This document shows, piece by piece, positions 1 to 12,477 of a stretch of DNA of 64,000 bases. Within the stretch, counting starts at the first letter, position 1. Each line of letters opens with the position of its first letter. Origin of the DNA: Camelus dromedarius (taxonomy: Eukaryota); the NCBI RefSeq assembly GCF_036321535.1, contig NC_087472.1, positions 92,816,001 through 92,880,000 on the forward strand, in the 5' to 3' direction. Both the position numbers and the translations under genes were made by a program. Below the pieces are notes generated by a model. The model saw only the letters and a list, made by a program, of their open reading frames with translations, ran no database searches and was not told where the DNA came from.

Positions 1-5
1 TCCAG

Positions 6-251
6 ATTTTTAAAATCATTCTAGCATAACACCCTAAGATGCTTGAGTATTTCTGAGAATCTGATCCTGATAAAAAAATCAATCAGCTTTGTTGGTATCT
101 TGGTTCTAGGCTCCCAGATGAAAAGAGATTAGCGATTTTATTTTCCACTTATTTGAAGAAGTAAAGTTGTGATTTATTGGCCATCTCACTGCTGTTTCAG
201 AAAGAGGAAATGTGGCTGGCAACTCTTATATCTGTTAATTATATTAACTAG
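6..251 (+). pseudogene. Fossil exon, RGS-like domain (helices 2-7)
   Basis: After CAG at 3-5, one frame reads IFKIILA*HPKMLEYF*ESDPDKKINQLCWYLGSRLPDEKRLAILFSTYLKK*SCDLLAISLLFQKEEMWLATLISVNYIN. This resembles the RGS pattern IL..P..LEYFREF...NL.FW....A..IY..YL. The first two stops (TAA, TGA) are single C>T changes from CAA/CGA. Exon boundaries are uncertain. Confidence 0.55.
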
Positions 252-299
252 TTCTTTTTCTTCCTATTAGGTAGATATTTTTCAAACTAACTTTAGAGA

Positions 300-415
300 G
301 CTTTTACCAAAAATAGGAAAGGATGGAGTGAAATGTGCTTTTCCATACCCTCTAGTAGGAATATAAACTGGTATAAATTATCTGATCACAATAATTTAGC
401 AATCTAGCAGAGTTG
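300..415 (+). mobile_element. Old L1 (L1ME/MC-like) ORF2-end fragment
   Basis: ggatggagtgaaatgtgcttttccataccctctagtaggaatataaactggtataa...atttagcaat resembles the conserved L1 ORF2 3' block. Confidence 0.55.
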
Positions 416-514
416 CATCTTACTTGGGGGGTAGGCTTCAAAGTTTGGTACAGATGGGGAAAATCAGACCTACTCAAAATTATCCTTGAGAAATCACTTA
501 AATTATTTTTAAAG

Positions 515-792
515 ATACAGTATACAGACTTGATAAGTAGAAATCAGCCAGGTTTTCCTCTAGTGTTGAACAGATTGCTGTTTCTTTTGGTGGAGTACTA
601 GATGAAGCAGTTGGCATGTGTTTAGAATCCATGTTGTACAGAAAAAGAAAATCTAACTTTAATCACTAGAATGAAACTCAGCTAGGCATAATCTCACACT
701 AACGAGAGGCATGCCAACAAGGAGAACTGAGATAACATAGGACTGCAAGATCCTAGCTCATGCTCCTCCCTTCCAAGACTAAAGACTTACAG
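515..792 (+). pseudogene. Fossil exon, possible RGS C-terminal helices
   Basis: Acceptor ttattttt-aaag|AT and a consensus donor CAG|gtaagt at 792/793. One frame reads ...SSVEQIAVSFGGVLDEAVGMCLESMLYRKRKS with several stops. LDEAVGMCLESML loosely resembles the RGS FDEAQ....LM motif. Confidence 0.45.
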
Positions 793-1136
793 GTAAGTGC
801 AGCCCAGCTACTGAACTTAGTTGTCTCATTCTTTTTACCTCTTGCTCATTCGTTCTCTTCTATTGCTTTCTTGTTTCTCTTGTCTCTATTTCTGATTAGA
901 TATAGCTGAATTTCTAGAAGTTAAGGGCATGAAAGATGAGGTTCCAATCTATGTCTTAAAAGCCTTAAGGATGTACATGTGATTAGACAAAATCACTTCA
1001 ATTCTAGTAAATTATTCCTGAAAGACAAAACCAATAAAAATTTCAACAAAGCTTCACACACAAGGACCATCATCATAAATTATAAGATCAAACATTTGAA
1101 AATTTTAAATGTCTATCAATGTAGAAAAGACTAAAT

Positions 1137-1885
1137 GAGAGATGCCAAGATGGTGGAGTAGAGAGACTCACAGCTCGCCCTCTCCCACAAATACACCAAG
1201 AATTACAACTACAAACCCACTGAATTGCACAGAACACCTACTGAACTCTGGCAGAGTATCTCTCACTTTGAAATACAGGAGGATTCTCAAAAAATCTGGT
1301 AAGAGGGAAAAAGAAAAAATAAAATCAGTGCAGGACCAGTTTGGCAGAGAGGGAGTGGCAAAGGAAGAAAGGCATCCTCAGGCTGGGATGCCCCCTTCAG
1401 CCAGAAGGTCAGCAGGGACAGAAGCAGAGTTTCCGAGGCTCGAGGAGAAAGTGGCAGCCGCTTGGAAGACAGACTAACAGAAACTGACACAGAGAGTCCC
1501 TGTGATCCCTGGCGCTAGACGCGAGGTGGCAGGGACAGGCCATAACTGGTTGCTGGAGATCAGTGAGGAGCCCAGGGAGAGGGCTGGGGCCCACTGTGCA
1601 GAGGCAGCCTCAGAGGACTGGAGGGCGGTATGAGCTCTGGCTGGAGGGGTGTGCAGAACAGAACAGCCTGGGACCCCCATAAAAAAGCACCACTGTTGGT
1701 GTGCATGGTGGGGGAAGGGGCACAACGCAGCTGTGCCATAGCCACTTTCTGCGCTTGGCTCCATTGTTGGTGTGTTCTCGTGAGAAGAGAGGTGGGGCTG
1801 AAAGCTGAATCCATACCCAAGGGTCCTGCAATTTCACAGGCGGGACTGAGATTTGTTTACAGCCCCAGTCAGAGAGGGTGGATTT
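1137..1885 (+). mobile_element. L1 5' UTR fragment (GC-rich internal promoter region)
   Basis: Begins ccaagatggtggagtag...ctctcccacaaatacacc...gcacagaacacctactgaac, a typical Laurasiatherian L1 5' end. It forms an abrupt GC-rich island and explains the overlapping ORFs here. Confidence 0.8.
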
Positions 1886-2234
1886 GCTTGAAATCTATAC
1901 AGCAACACATCTTTTTGTGACCAGTCTCTGATGAATACCGCATTATTATAGAACTGAAGATGTAAAATAAGAGGATGAGCTAGGGAAGAATATGTGCTTA
2001 TGCTTCAGAGGTGAGGAAGTTGTGCAAATAACCTGGGATACGGAAATAAAAACAGCAGAAACAAAAGAAAATGTACAGAGAATGTAGAAAATATATCATG
2101 AGAATATTAAGTAACGGTGATCAACTTCTGAGGCCAATATTTTTACTAATTAGTTATTTTTTAAATCTGCGTATGGATCACATAATCTCACAGGTGCAAA
2201 ATGTAAAAACCGATATTACATATTGGGGATCTTC

Positions 2235-2432
2235 CTTGGGCACTGTAATCTTTTCACAACTGTTAAAACCATCCTACAGGGAAGAGATGGTTATCCTCTT
2301 CTTGTCTATTAAGAAATTTTGGCACAGATAAGTTATAAGACTTGCCTAAGGTTACACAACTCTTAAATGGCGAGGTCAAGATTTGAAATAAGAGTGCCTG
2401 GTCCAGAGCTGGAATCCTTTCTGCTCTGACAT
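2235..2432 (-). mobile_element. MIR SINE
   Basis: Core acttgcctaaggttacacaact...gatttgaaa...ccagagc. Confidence 0.8.
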
Positions 2433-2549
2433 GACCAAAAGTCCAAGTGCACTTTTGCAGCTGGACTCAAACAGGGATAGGCCTGAAAAATCACAGAAGA
2501 AATTCAGTTAGATCCTGTTTTTGAAGATATATTTTGAAATTGAATTTAT

Positions 2550-2650
2550 TCTTCCATTCATTTATTCATAAAATGTAGTTATTCAAAACTGGTTTTGTAC
2601 CAGGTAAACAAGGCTGACCTGGTCCCGGCCCTCATGGAGCTTATATTCTA
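2550..2650 (-). mobile_element. L2 3' end fragment
   Basis: ttcatttattcat...ggtcccggccctcatggagcttatattcta. Confidence 0.65.
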
Positions 2651-3311
2651 TCTACGGCTGTAGCAACACTGATGATAATGGAGTATCTCCTGATGTGAAA
2701 ATAAATGCACTAAGAAAGAAATGTGCATATAACTTATAAAAGAGTGGAAATCAAATATCTGGAAGTAAAGAAGTAAAGACCAAAAATTCTTTCACATAGA
2801 AACTTTAAAAAAGGAAACATTTAATTATAAGGAATAAACTGATAAATATATGAATAAAATGCATAATATTTGAAAAGAAAACTCAGGAAACTGATGCTAT
2901 GTAAAAGCCCTTCTACTAGCAAGCTGCTGGTTGTAATTATCATAAGGTTTGGGGCAGAAAAGAGTGGCTATTTAAGTAGGAGACTCTACAAGCTAATTAA
3001 CAGGTAAACATACTTGCAAAGAAAACATTGATAGAAGCTTATTCAAAGAAAGGTAAAAAGAAAAGTAGCAAGAAATAACAGGTGCCTTATTGCTAATGAT
3101 ATCCTGAGGTAGTGTAAAAAATCTATAAATATTTAAGGATCAAAAGGACCACTGGGAAAATAAAGCATACTATAGAAAAGATTAAGTGAAGCAGGTAAAA
3201 GGAAAACAATGAAATATTGAGGGTGTCAAATTTATAAGAAATTGATAGGCCTATGGAAATAGTGTCTTATTATATAATGTAACAAAGAATCACAACTAAA
3301 TTGAAGTCTAC

Positions 3312-3478
3312 AGCCAGAGTTGAGAAATCGCCTAGTATATCAACAGGTAGAGTTACCTCTAAATAAGCTCCAGTGCTTAAGAAGCCATCCTCTTACTTAC
3401 AGACTGGCAAAGCAAGAAATATCATTTCAACATTTAAAAAGCACTGATGCTAAACTTTTTTGGAGGGCTCGTTTCCAA
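3312..3478 (+). pseudogene. Possible fossil exon (3' boundary supported, 5' boundary unclear)
   Basis: Donor CAA|gtaagt at 3478/3479 ends a stretch with an open frame (PELRNRLVYQQ...AKLFWRARFQ). No domain recognised. Confidence 0.25.
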
Positions 3479-4239
3479 GTAAGTATTCTCCTACATACAT
3501 AGCTACTGCTAAACTAATTTGTCCTAAGTCAATATACTTATCAATTTAAATATACATACCATGATGCAAAGTTTCTGCCATTTAGTTATTTGAAATAAAG
3601 AGAAAATATGTGGCTTTACCTTTTTAAGCACAGAAACAACTGAGTGGGTTCTAAAAAAAGAGTCAATATTCTTAACTACTAAAAGGTTAATAAAAAGTGT
3701 GTAGAAATGACTCATTCCATAATCCAGAAGGAAAAAGTATGAGTACCACAACAAAGGACCATAATGAAAGCTAACATTCCAAATATGATATAAATTAAAA
3801 TTAATATATGTACCTATTGAAATTAATATGCTGCATAAAGATCTGTATAAAAAGCCTTCTTATATTTAATAACACAGCTGAGCTATTATGTACTGTAAAT
3901 AGAAAAACTATATACTTAGAAAGATTAATGGAAAAAACAGGGAGTGAAAAATTAGGGCATTATTTCTTGTCATTTTAAATAAAATTTTTGGTTGTTTTAA
4001 CTTCAAGAATATGTTTATTACTGCATTTGAGCTTTATGAATTTGAACATGCTAGGGAAAAAATCAATTGGAGTATGATCACTTTCCTTAATGGTTAATTT
4101 TGATGTTTTAACAAACTGCTGTATCACTAGTTGTGTTTGAGTTTCTATCACATTCTCCTAGTCTACTACTTTCTGCCACAGCAAGGTGTTGTGGAAAGAG
4201 CTCTGGAGAGTTACCTATGGCCTGTGTGTGTGCTTTTTA

Positions 4240-5280
4240 AAATATATATACAGTTGTTTACGGTAAAAACAGTTGATATGAAATCTACATTCCTAAAAAA
4301 AACTTAAGTGTACAATACTATACTGTTAACTATAGGCACAATGTTGCATGGCATTATCTATACAACATATTCATCTTGCATAAATGAAACTTTACACCTC
4401 TTGAACAGTAACTCCCCCTTATCCTTCCCACCAGCCCCTTACAACCACCATTCTGCTCTTTCTATGAATTTGACTATTTAGATACCTCATAAAAGTAGAA
4501 TCATGTCGTATTTGTCCTGTGACTGGCTTATTTCACTTAGCATAATGCCCTCCACATTCATCCATGTTGCCATATATGGAGAAACCTCCTTCATTTTTAT
4601 GGCTGAATAATATTCCATTGTGTTTGTGTGTGCATGACATTTTCTTTATCCACTCCTTTGCCAATGGACATTTAGGTTTTCACAGCTTGGCTATTAGGAG
4701 TAATGCTTCAGTGAACGTGGGAGTGCATATGTCTCTTCAAGATCCCGATATTTCTAGATAAATACCTAGAAGTGGGATCACATGATAGTCTTTTAATTTT
4801 CTGAGGAACCATCATACTGTTTTCCACAGCAGCTACACCACTTTACTTTCTCACCAACAGAGAACAAGGGTTTCCATTTCTCCATATCCTCACCAACATT
4901 TAATCTCTTTTTTTATTTTTTTCTTAGTAAAAGCTACCTCACAGGTATGAGGTGACACTTCATTGTGTCTTTGATCTGCATGATCTTGATGATTAGCAAC
5001 GTTAAGCATCTTTTCATATACATGTTGGCCATTTATGTCTTCTTTAGAAAAATATCTTCTTAAGTCCTTTGCTCATTTTTAATTGGGTTATTTGTTTTTA
5101 TTTTTGCTAATGAGTAAGGGGAGTTCCTTGTATGTTTTGGGTATTAATCTCTTATTAGAGATATGGTTTACAAATATTTTCTCCCATTCCGTAAGTTGCC
5201 TTTTCATTCTGTTGATTGTTACCTTTCATAGACAGAAGCTTTTTAGATATAGTTCCACTTGCCTAATTTTGTTTTTGTTG
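4240..5280 (-). mobile_element. L1 (L1MA-like) 3' ~1 kb, inserted into a MIR
   Basis: Typical antisense L1 3' UTR/ORF2 end (gactggcttatttcacttagcataatg, ttttatggctgaataatattccattg). MIR pieces flank it at ~4181-4215 and ~5290-5420. Confidence 0.9.
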
Positions 5281-5939
5281 GTGAAATAGGTATTTTAGTT
5301 TCAGTACTAACTCTGCAATATATAAACTGTGGGACCTTGGGCAAGTCAGAAAATCTCTTTATTTTGATTTTTCCCTCTTCACTGAGGTCGTTATGATATC
5401 TAAGATCTCTAAAAATCCTAAAATTGAAAAATAATTATACTGTCATCATTAAGATACAATTTAGAAAGTGATTAGTTTTCAGAAGTTAAACGTTTACTCA
5501 AACTTGTATTAATCAACTACTATGTGTAAATCACACTGAAATGAATTTCTATTTATCATATATGCAGGGATCAAACTACACAGGCTTTTCCTATATAAGC
5601 CAACAGAATCTACTCATCAAATAAAAATAAAAACAGCCTTTAACTTCAAGTCGATTAGATGATTTCACCTTTCTCCAGCTATTCTGATGCAAAATCCAAA
5701 TTTTGTAAAGATAAAATTATATCTATATAGACACATATATACATATATATGCAATATAAAATGTTATATATGGTTTAAATGTGACATAAATAATTTCACT
5801 TTAAAACTTGCCCTTTTTTGATGGCTAACCTACTGATACAGTTATACTTTAAAAATTAAGTTAAAAAAAATCTATCTAACTCAAGTAATTAACCAAAATA
5901 ACTCAATTTTTGCTTTATTTTCTGCATATATTTCAACAG

Positions 5940-6171
5940 TTTAGGCTGTTTGGGCAACTGAATTATGTTGACTGGATATCTGTTCAGGTAAAAATCTTGA
6001 AATTCTTTGATAAAAATCCACCCGCCATTACTTTAGCCGAAAACATATCAATAGAATAGATTGCATTAAAAAAAATCCTCCATCAACACATTGTACACCC
6101 TAAACTTACACAATATTATACGTCAATTACATATCAATAAATATAAATCTTTTAATCCTTCAGAACGGCAA
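5940..6171 (+). pseudogene. Fossil exon, RGS-like N-terminal half, interrupted by a short L1 fragment
   Basis: Polypyrimidine tract plus caacag| at 5939. It reads FRLFGQLNYVDWISVQVKILKFFDKNPPAITLAENISIE*IALKK, then an L1 piece, then NPSERQ. Compare RGS FREF....F.EENI.F.....F......A..I..EYI....P.EV. Confidence 0.55.
6081..6145 (+). mobile_element. Very short L1 3' terminus
   Basis: cattgtacaccctaaacttacacaatattatacgtcaattacatatcaataaa. Confidence 0.8.
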
Positions 6172-6279
6172 AGTGTATTTTTTATTTTAAATTAGAACTA
6201 TATTAAGAATTAAATAGCTTTTAAAATTACATTTGAAGGTTTACTTTGTAAATTAAATCTTTTTCTTGATAATTCATAG

Positions 6280-6425
6280 GTCAGTAATTTCATATTTGTA
6301 TAATGATCTTTTGTGAAAAGTTTGTTCCATCAAATTTAAAATCACATTCTGTTGAATATGGAGTCCGGAACAATTTTAGAAGGATTTCTCTGCCACACCC
6401 ACAATCTCCTTTTCCTCTTTTTGCC
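6280..6425 (+). pseudogene. Fossil exon, RGS-like C-terminal half
   Basis: Acceptor ttttcttgataattcatag| at 6279. It reads VSNFIFV**SFVKSLFHQI*NHILLNMESGTILEGFL, matching RGS F...Q.HI..LME.DSY.RFL, with TAA (6337-6339) at the conserved Gln position. The 3' end runs into an L1. Confidence 0.6.
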
Positions 6426-6429
6426 AAAT

Positions 6430-6805
6430 ACAGAATTGAACTCATAAAATCAGAGAGTAAAATGGCATTTGCCTAAATCTGAGGAGTCGGGGAAATGGGA
6501 GATGTTGGTCAAAGGGTAGAAATTTCAGTTATAAGATGAATAAGTTCTAACGAACTAATATAGAGCATGGGGAATATAGTTAGTAAAAATGTACTGAATA
6601 CTTGAAATTTGTTAAAAGGAGTAGATATTAAGTGTTCTCATCACAAAAAAATAAGTAACTACATGAGGTGCTAGATGTGTTAACCCGAATGTATACATAT
6701 ACTAAATCATCACATTGTTCACATTTGAAAAACAAAATCCAGTTGTACAACTTGAATATATATACATTTTGACTTGTCAATCGTATCTCAGTAACGCTGG
6801 AAGAA
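6430..6805 (+). mobile_element. L1 (L1MA9/10-like) 3' UTR
   Basis: gggaaatgggagatgttggtcaaagggta...tttcagttataagatgaataagttct...gtcaatcgtatctcagtaacgctggaa. Confidence 0.85.
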
Positions 6806-6974
6806 AGGGATGGGGATTATATTTTAAATGGGCAAACTCAAAAGCAAGAGATGGAAATGCCTAGGTATTATTTCAAATCCATCACTTATTCTATTATTTT
6901 GTCTTATTATTATGTTTTTTTCCATCTTACCGAATATCATATGGCTTTTAATCATGTTAATTTTATGGATACCA

Positions 6975-8080
6975 AAATAGAATCAAGTTCTTCATATTAC
7001 TCATAATACGTATGTTTAAAATGTCCAAAGACGTAAAAAAAAAAAAAGAAAGAAAATATAAATTGGACAATATAAAAACATATAGATTTGAAAAGAACCA
7101 AAGAGAAATTCGAAAAATAATTACAAAGAACTTTAACAAGTTCTCAGAAGAGGTGATAAATCATAGATAGACTAGATATAGCTGAAGAGAATCAGTTAAT
7201 TAGAAGATATTAATAAAAAAATTATTCAGAAAGTTGCAAAGAAAACTAAAGAGAAAGAACATATAAACACAAGTTAAAAGACACGGCAATATAAAAGGAG
7301 AATAGCCAACATACATACAGTGGAGTCACAGAAGGAGAGACTAGAGAAAACGTGGGAAAGAATATTTGAATGATAATGGTAGATAAAGTTCCCGAATTTT
7401 AGAAAGACAGGCATCTTCGGTTGACATTCCAAACCAAGCTCCAGTATTTAAATACTCAGAACACACAGTTATGGAAACAGAACATAGAAGACAAAGCTTT
7501 AAGAACAGCAAAAAGAAAAGATGGATTATCTGCAAAAGACAAATATTATGCAAAGAATATTACACACAGAATACAACACCCAACTAAACTATTAATCAAG
7601 GATAAGAATGAAACAGACAAATTACAAAGGTAATTACTAACATGTGTACTTCAGGAAGGAGGCACTTCAATCCAGAAGGAAGGATCAGAAGCCATAAGAG
7701 AAAATGGTAAGATAAATATTTTATCACTATAAAAAAAAGGAATGATGATTAATAGGAGGCATATAATGTGTAGAACCAAACTACCAGGCAACAATGATAT
7801 GGAATATAGGAGGCGGGAGATCAGAATTTAAACAGTCTAGTGTTCTTGCACTGTTTAGAGGACAATAATAAATTCATTAAGTATGAGTAGTATAAATTTA
7901 AGGATAAGGGTTCAGAAAAGAAAAAAAAAAACATTAGTTGAACATCTAACTATCCAGCTTGTAAAAAGATGAAAAAGAGAATAAAGGAAAGATGATTGTT
8001 CATGGAAAAGAAGGCATCAGGAAGAAAGAGTGGCTTTGTAACGAAATTAAACAGCAAAGTGAATAAAAGTAAGTCAGTAA
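6975..8080 (+). mobile_element. Ancient L1/HAL1 ORF1-region remnant
   Basis: A-rich decayed ORF1-like sequence (ggagtcacagaaggagaga...gaatatttgaatgataatgg). Confidence 0.6.
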
Positions 8081-9029
8081 TTAGGGGAAATTGGAAAAAC
8101 AAAATTAGACATGTGAAGCAAACACATTACATCTATAATAAGAGCTCTGCAAGAAAGTACTAGATTTGATATTACAAAGTACTTTGACCTTATTGTATTA
8201 AGATCATCCTTCACTGTGAATAAATATGTTCCATTAAGTCACTTGCTAAAACATGTATAAAGCATTGCTCTTCAAACATGGGTATTGTATTCATCAGGTA
8301 TAATGACTGATTTCAGGAAGCCAATCTATTGAAAACAGTCACTTGTAAAAATTTTTGCATAACAGAAAAAAAGTTATACACTGTCAGACTATATCCCTTC
8401 ATTTTAATCCTGGCTTGAAATGATTTCTTAGAAAAGCTGCATATGAAACAGGATATCAGAAATAAATGATTAGAGATGTACCACTCATCAAAATACTCCA
8501 TTTCCTTAAACAACCTTTTGTATACCTATTGTCCACCAACTGTACCTTTTCAAGCTACTCTACCACTTGTCGAAACCTATTTACCACTTCTAAAGAGCTT
8601 CATAAGGTTACTTCCCGCTGGTTAAAATAGAATTTCCTTACATTTTGTCCTCCATGTAATTCTTTCAAGCCTCAGGGAGTGCCTCTTAGTTCTAGTATTC
8701 TGACTTTGGTAATTTAGAATGTGTTGACCCTATTTATACATTTTATTTTATAAGCTTTGATCTTATGTTCTCTTAAGCCTCATTTTTTAAAAGACGATTT
8801 TTAAAATTTGTCCTAGAATTAAATGTTTCACCTCCAACATGTTCCATCCACTTTATAATTTAGTAGATGTATTCCCAACTCTAGTTTTTCTTTTAGTTAC
8901 ACAGATAGAAATAAAATGGTTCTGTGTAAGCAGCATGTTTTCTGGTTTATTTCTAAAGTATTTCATGTCAAGAATTTTGTACCTCCATTATTATTAGTCT
9001 GCTCTACTTCGAAATGTTTGAGTATCTCA

Positions 9030-10125
9030 TGCTTCAAATCTTCGTTGCCTACCTTTTCTCCCATTAGCCCTATGGCTCAAAACAGCATTTTTATGCCGAT
9101 GACTCTCAAATTTACTTTTCCAAAATAAATTCTTCTTCTGAAATCCAATCTCATATAGCCAACTAACACCTGAACATCTACATGTAAGAGACTATTATGT
9201 TTCTTTAACTTCATGTCTTAAAAAAAAAAAAAAAGCTTGATTCTCCTCCTTCTACAACCTGCTTTCCTCCTGTTCTTTTCCATATTAGCAAGTAGCACCA
9301 CAAGCCAACAAGTAACTTAAGCTGAAAACCTAGGATTCCTTGACTGTTTTGTACCACACATATTTCAGGCAATGCTGTAGACTGGTAGTCCCCAATCTTT
9401 TTCATGCCCTGACACCCTGACATAAACTAAGGAGGCCAATCAGGCTGGAGGTAACCAGCCTGGGAGTTTGGGCTGCCCGTGTTCCACTCAACCACCCTTA
9501 AGACTGAGATGATCAGTATCATGGTGCCCCATTAATCTGTTTGTTGCCATCAGCTGGGAAATTGTTTTAGACTTTATATACAAAACACATTCTAAACTTT
9601 TAATCCCATTTTCCTGCCTTCACTGAAACCACACTAATAATCTCTCCAGTTCAAGTTTCTCAGGGAGCTGAGGTTAGCTGGGAACCCCAAACACCAGTGT
9701 TCAGTGGTTTTTTGATCTGCTTGAGTGTTCTTCCTGGGAATGTGGTTCTTGGAGCTATGATCCTTATCTTGAAGTCCCCAAGCTTCATTTTCTGGCACTC
9801 CTAGCAATGCCATGAGCCATCTAATTGATTTTAATAAGTCTCTGTTTGCTTAAACTAACCAATCCAAAGGGCTCAGCTGAGCAGTCACTTACCCAAAGAG
9901 GCCTTTCCTGACCACCCAGAGCAAAGTATAAACTCAAGTCAATCCAATCCAGTATCTTGATTTATTTTCTTTATAGGATTTATCAGTACCTCATATTTTC
10001 TCACTTATTTGCTCACTGTCTGTCTTTCCTCAACTAGTTTCACAAAATTAAGAATCTGTTCTGTTGTGTTCATCATTTCTTCCTCAGTGCCTAGAATAGC
10101 ACCTATGAACCCTTGTTAAATGAAT
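9030..10125 (+). mobile_element. Fragmented L2 with nested DNA-transposon-like (~9380-9570) and MaLR-LTR-like (~9660-9860) pieces
   Basis: atgccgatgactctcaaattta...; L2 3' end cagtgcctagaatagcac...ttgttaaatgaat. Confidence 0.65.
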
Positions 10126-10227
10126 TTATAGTGATCATTACCATCATTTTAAGCAAAGAAACATGTGGGATCATCTTTTAAAAACAGTACCCAGTATCAT
10201 AATGATCCTTTTTCCAAACTGCATAAG

Positions 10228-10460
10228 CATCAGGGTAGCTTAGTGGTTAAGAGCACAGGCTCTGATGTGAATGTGCTTGGATTCATATACAGCTTATACA
10301 ATTTATTATCTGTGAGACCTTGGATAGGTAAGTTACCTAAAGTCTCTGAGCCTTACTTTCTACATCTTACAGTACTGTCATGCAGATTAAAAGAGTTAAC
10401 ATAAGTAAAGTTCTTAATTGGGATTTAGAACATTGAACATATGTTAGCTTTTTTTTTTTT
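10228..10460 (+). mobile_element. MIR SINE, near full length
   Basis: tagtggttaagagcacaggctctg...aagttacctaaagtctctgagcct. Confidence 0.85.
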
Positions 10461-11029
10461 AGCCCAAGAGCACAGAAAACATTAACTACTATCCAATCAT
10501 CCCTTTCTGCCTGTTACAGGTATATGGGAAGATGTAAATTTGTTTCACCCTTCAGGAACTTACATAAAGATACAGAGATAAGATATGCAATTTGGAAGGG
10601 AAGAAAGAAAGAGAAAGACAGAAAGATGAAAAGATAGAAAGAAAAAAGAGAGGGGTAAATTATAAGGATCTAATAAATGGTTGATACTTAAAAGTAGTTT
10701 GAGTTGAAAGCAGTCAAGTTTATTAAAAATACTAGGAAATATAGGGGCTGGAAGAATTGATAGGATTCATACCATTATAAAGGAAGATATGGTAGGAGAC
10801 AAGAGTGAGCAAATAGGTGTAGGGATTTCAAAAAAAATTAATAAATAAGATGAAATAAAATATTTGAGCAGGAAAAAAATCAGTGATAGAAAAGGCTATA
10901 AAAATTATGGAGTATCTAGAATCACAAAGAAGTTTGTGTTTGTATATTAGCCAATCAATGATACGCCACTGAAAGTTGTAAAACAAGGCAGAAGTAGGTG
11001 GTAGATACACAACTGGAACATTTCTTTAA

Positions 11030-11780
11030 CCCAGGCACTGTGCAAATCATAGACTGTTCTCAACTCAACCCTACAAGACAGATTCCACTATTTACAGATA
11101 AGTAAACTAAAACTCAACAACTAAATCACTTGTTCTAGGTCTTACAACAAGTTATGAAATAGGGTTCTGCTTTATGCTGATGTCTGTGTGAGCATCATAC
11201 AAATGTTTTCCACAATATTGCAAAACTTTTAAGAAATCATTTTAAAGATTATGTGCTGAGTAATTTTAAAAAGGAGAACCTACATAAATGGAGGTGAAGA
11301 TACCACCGTAAGATTTTAAAATAAGAAGTGGTAAGTGCTTAAACTAGGGTAAAATTGATGGGTAACAACATATAATGGGAAGAGAACTAAATTGGGCATA
11401 CAGAATCATAAATGCTAGTTGTGAAAATAGATGACCTTTAGCCTTTGAGATTAATGGTTTGATTCTTTAGGCTAAAAAGGGAAGGATAAATTGAGCAATA
11501 TTTTGAAAGGTACATCAAGGATAAGGAAGAAATCGCAAATAAACAATTACAATTCTCCATTAATAATTACTTTCTTCTCAGGAAGAGTACTTCACAGATT
11601 ACAGTGTTCTGTTATGTGTATCATTACATTTGATTTATACCAAAACCTTAAGGTAAAGAGATTTAGTGTATCTATTTTATAGGAAAAGAAATTGAGATTC
11701 CTAAAGATTAAGTAATAACTGAAGAAATAATAGAATCTGAGTCTTCTGACACAAGTAGGGTCTTTCCATTCTTCAAGTTG
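11030..11780 (-). mobile_element. Two MIRs (~11030-11190, ~11570-11780) flanking a probable L2 fragment
   Basis: ccaggcactgtgc...tttacagataagtaaactaa and attttataggaaaagaaattgag MIR cores. Confidence 0.6.
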
Positions 11781-12477
11781 CCTCTGCTACTTAACAAATT
11801 GTGCTGCTGTTTGCCACGTAGCAGTATAGAATCTAATGATCTGGCATCTGCAGAAGTGAAATTATTTATCTGGGCACATCCAATCTCCTTGAGTGTCTTT
11901 TGAACACTTATACTATTAACCTACTCTTCCTTGTGGTAATAGCCACTTGTAATGTGTACTCTACATTCTTGGCAAAGAATGTAAAATACTTCTCTTACTC
12001 TTCTTCTCCAAAGAAAACTCAGATTGACTCCACCAATTAAATCTAAAACATACACTGTGTTTTCCACTACATAACAGAGTCCATCTGACTGGACTACTTC
12101 AAAATAAAATTTGAGAATAGAAATCTAAATGTCTTCCAATGCAGACTACAGAAAATGAAATTAGGAAAATATATTTTTATCTTTCTATTCCTTGCATCAA
12201 ATGCAGTGCAAATATAAGCAAGTACTTAAAATCCAATGAATTTGTTGAACTAGGGATCTACTACTGTCTCCTTATGTGCCCAGAGCTTGCACTAAACAGC
12301 ATTATCCTTGGGCCTATCTTTGGCTATCATCTTACCCAAGAATAGCTTTGAGAAATCAATTATAGATTTCAGCACCCTTTACTGATATTTTAATTCGTTT
12401 GTTCCAATAAATCATAGTTTAACCATCTTCAGCTAGTTGTTAGCTACCTTCTCCTCACATAGTTTTTCATTTTGCAG

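Noticed and set aside
1142..1920. Cluster of overlapping 60-111 aa ORFs / CpG-island-like region
   Set aside because: Lies within an L1 5' UTR; high GC suppresses stop codons.
1890..3300. A-rich stretches as further fossil exons (e.g. QITWDTEIKTAETKENVQRM*KIYHENI)
   Set aside because: Could equally be ancient L1/HAL1 remnants; the evidence is too weak to call.
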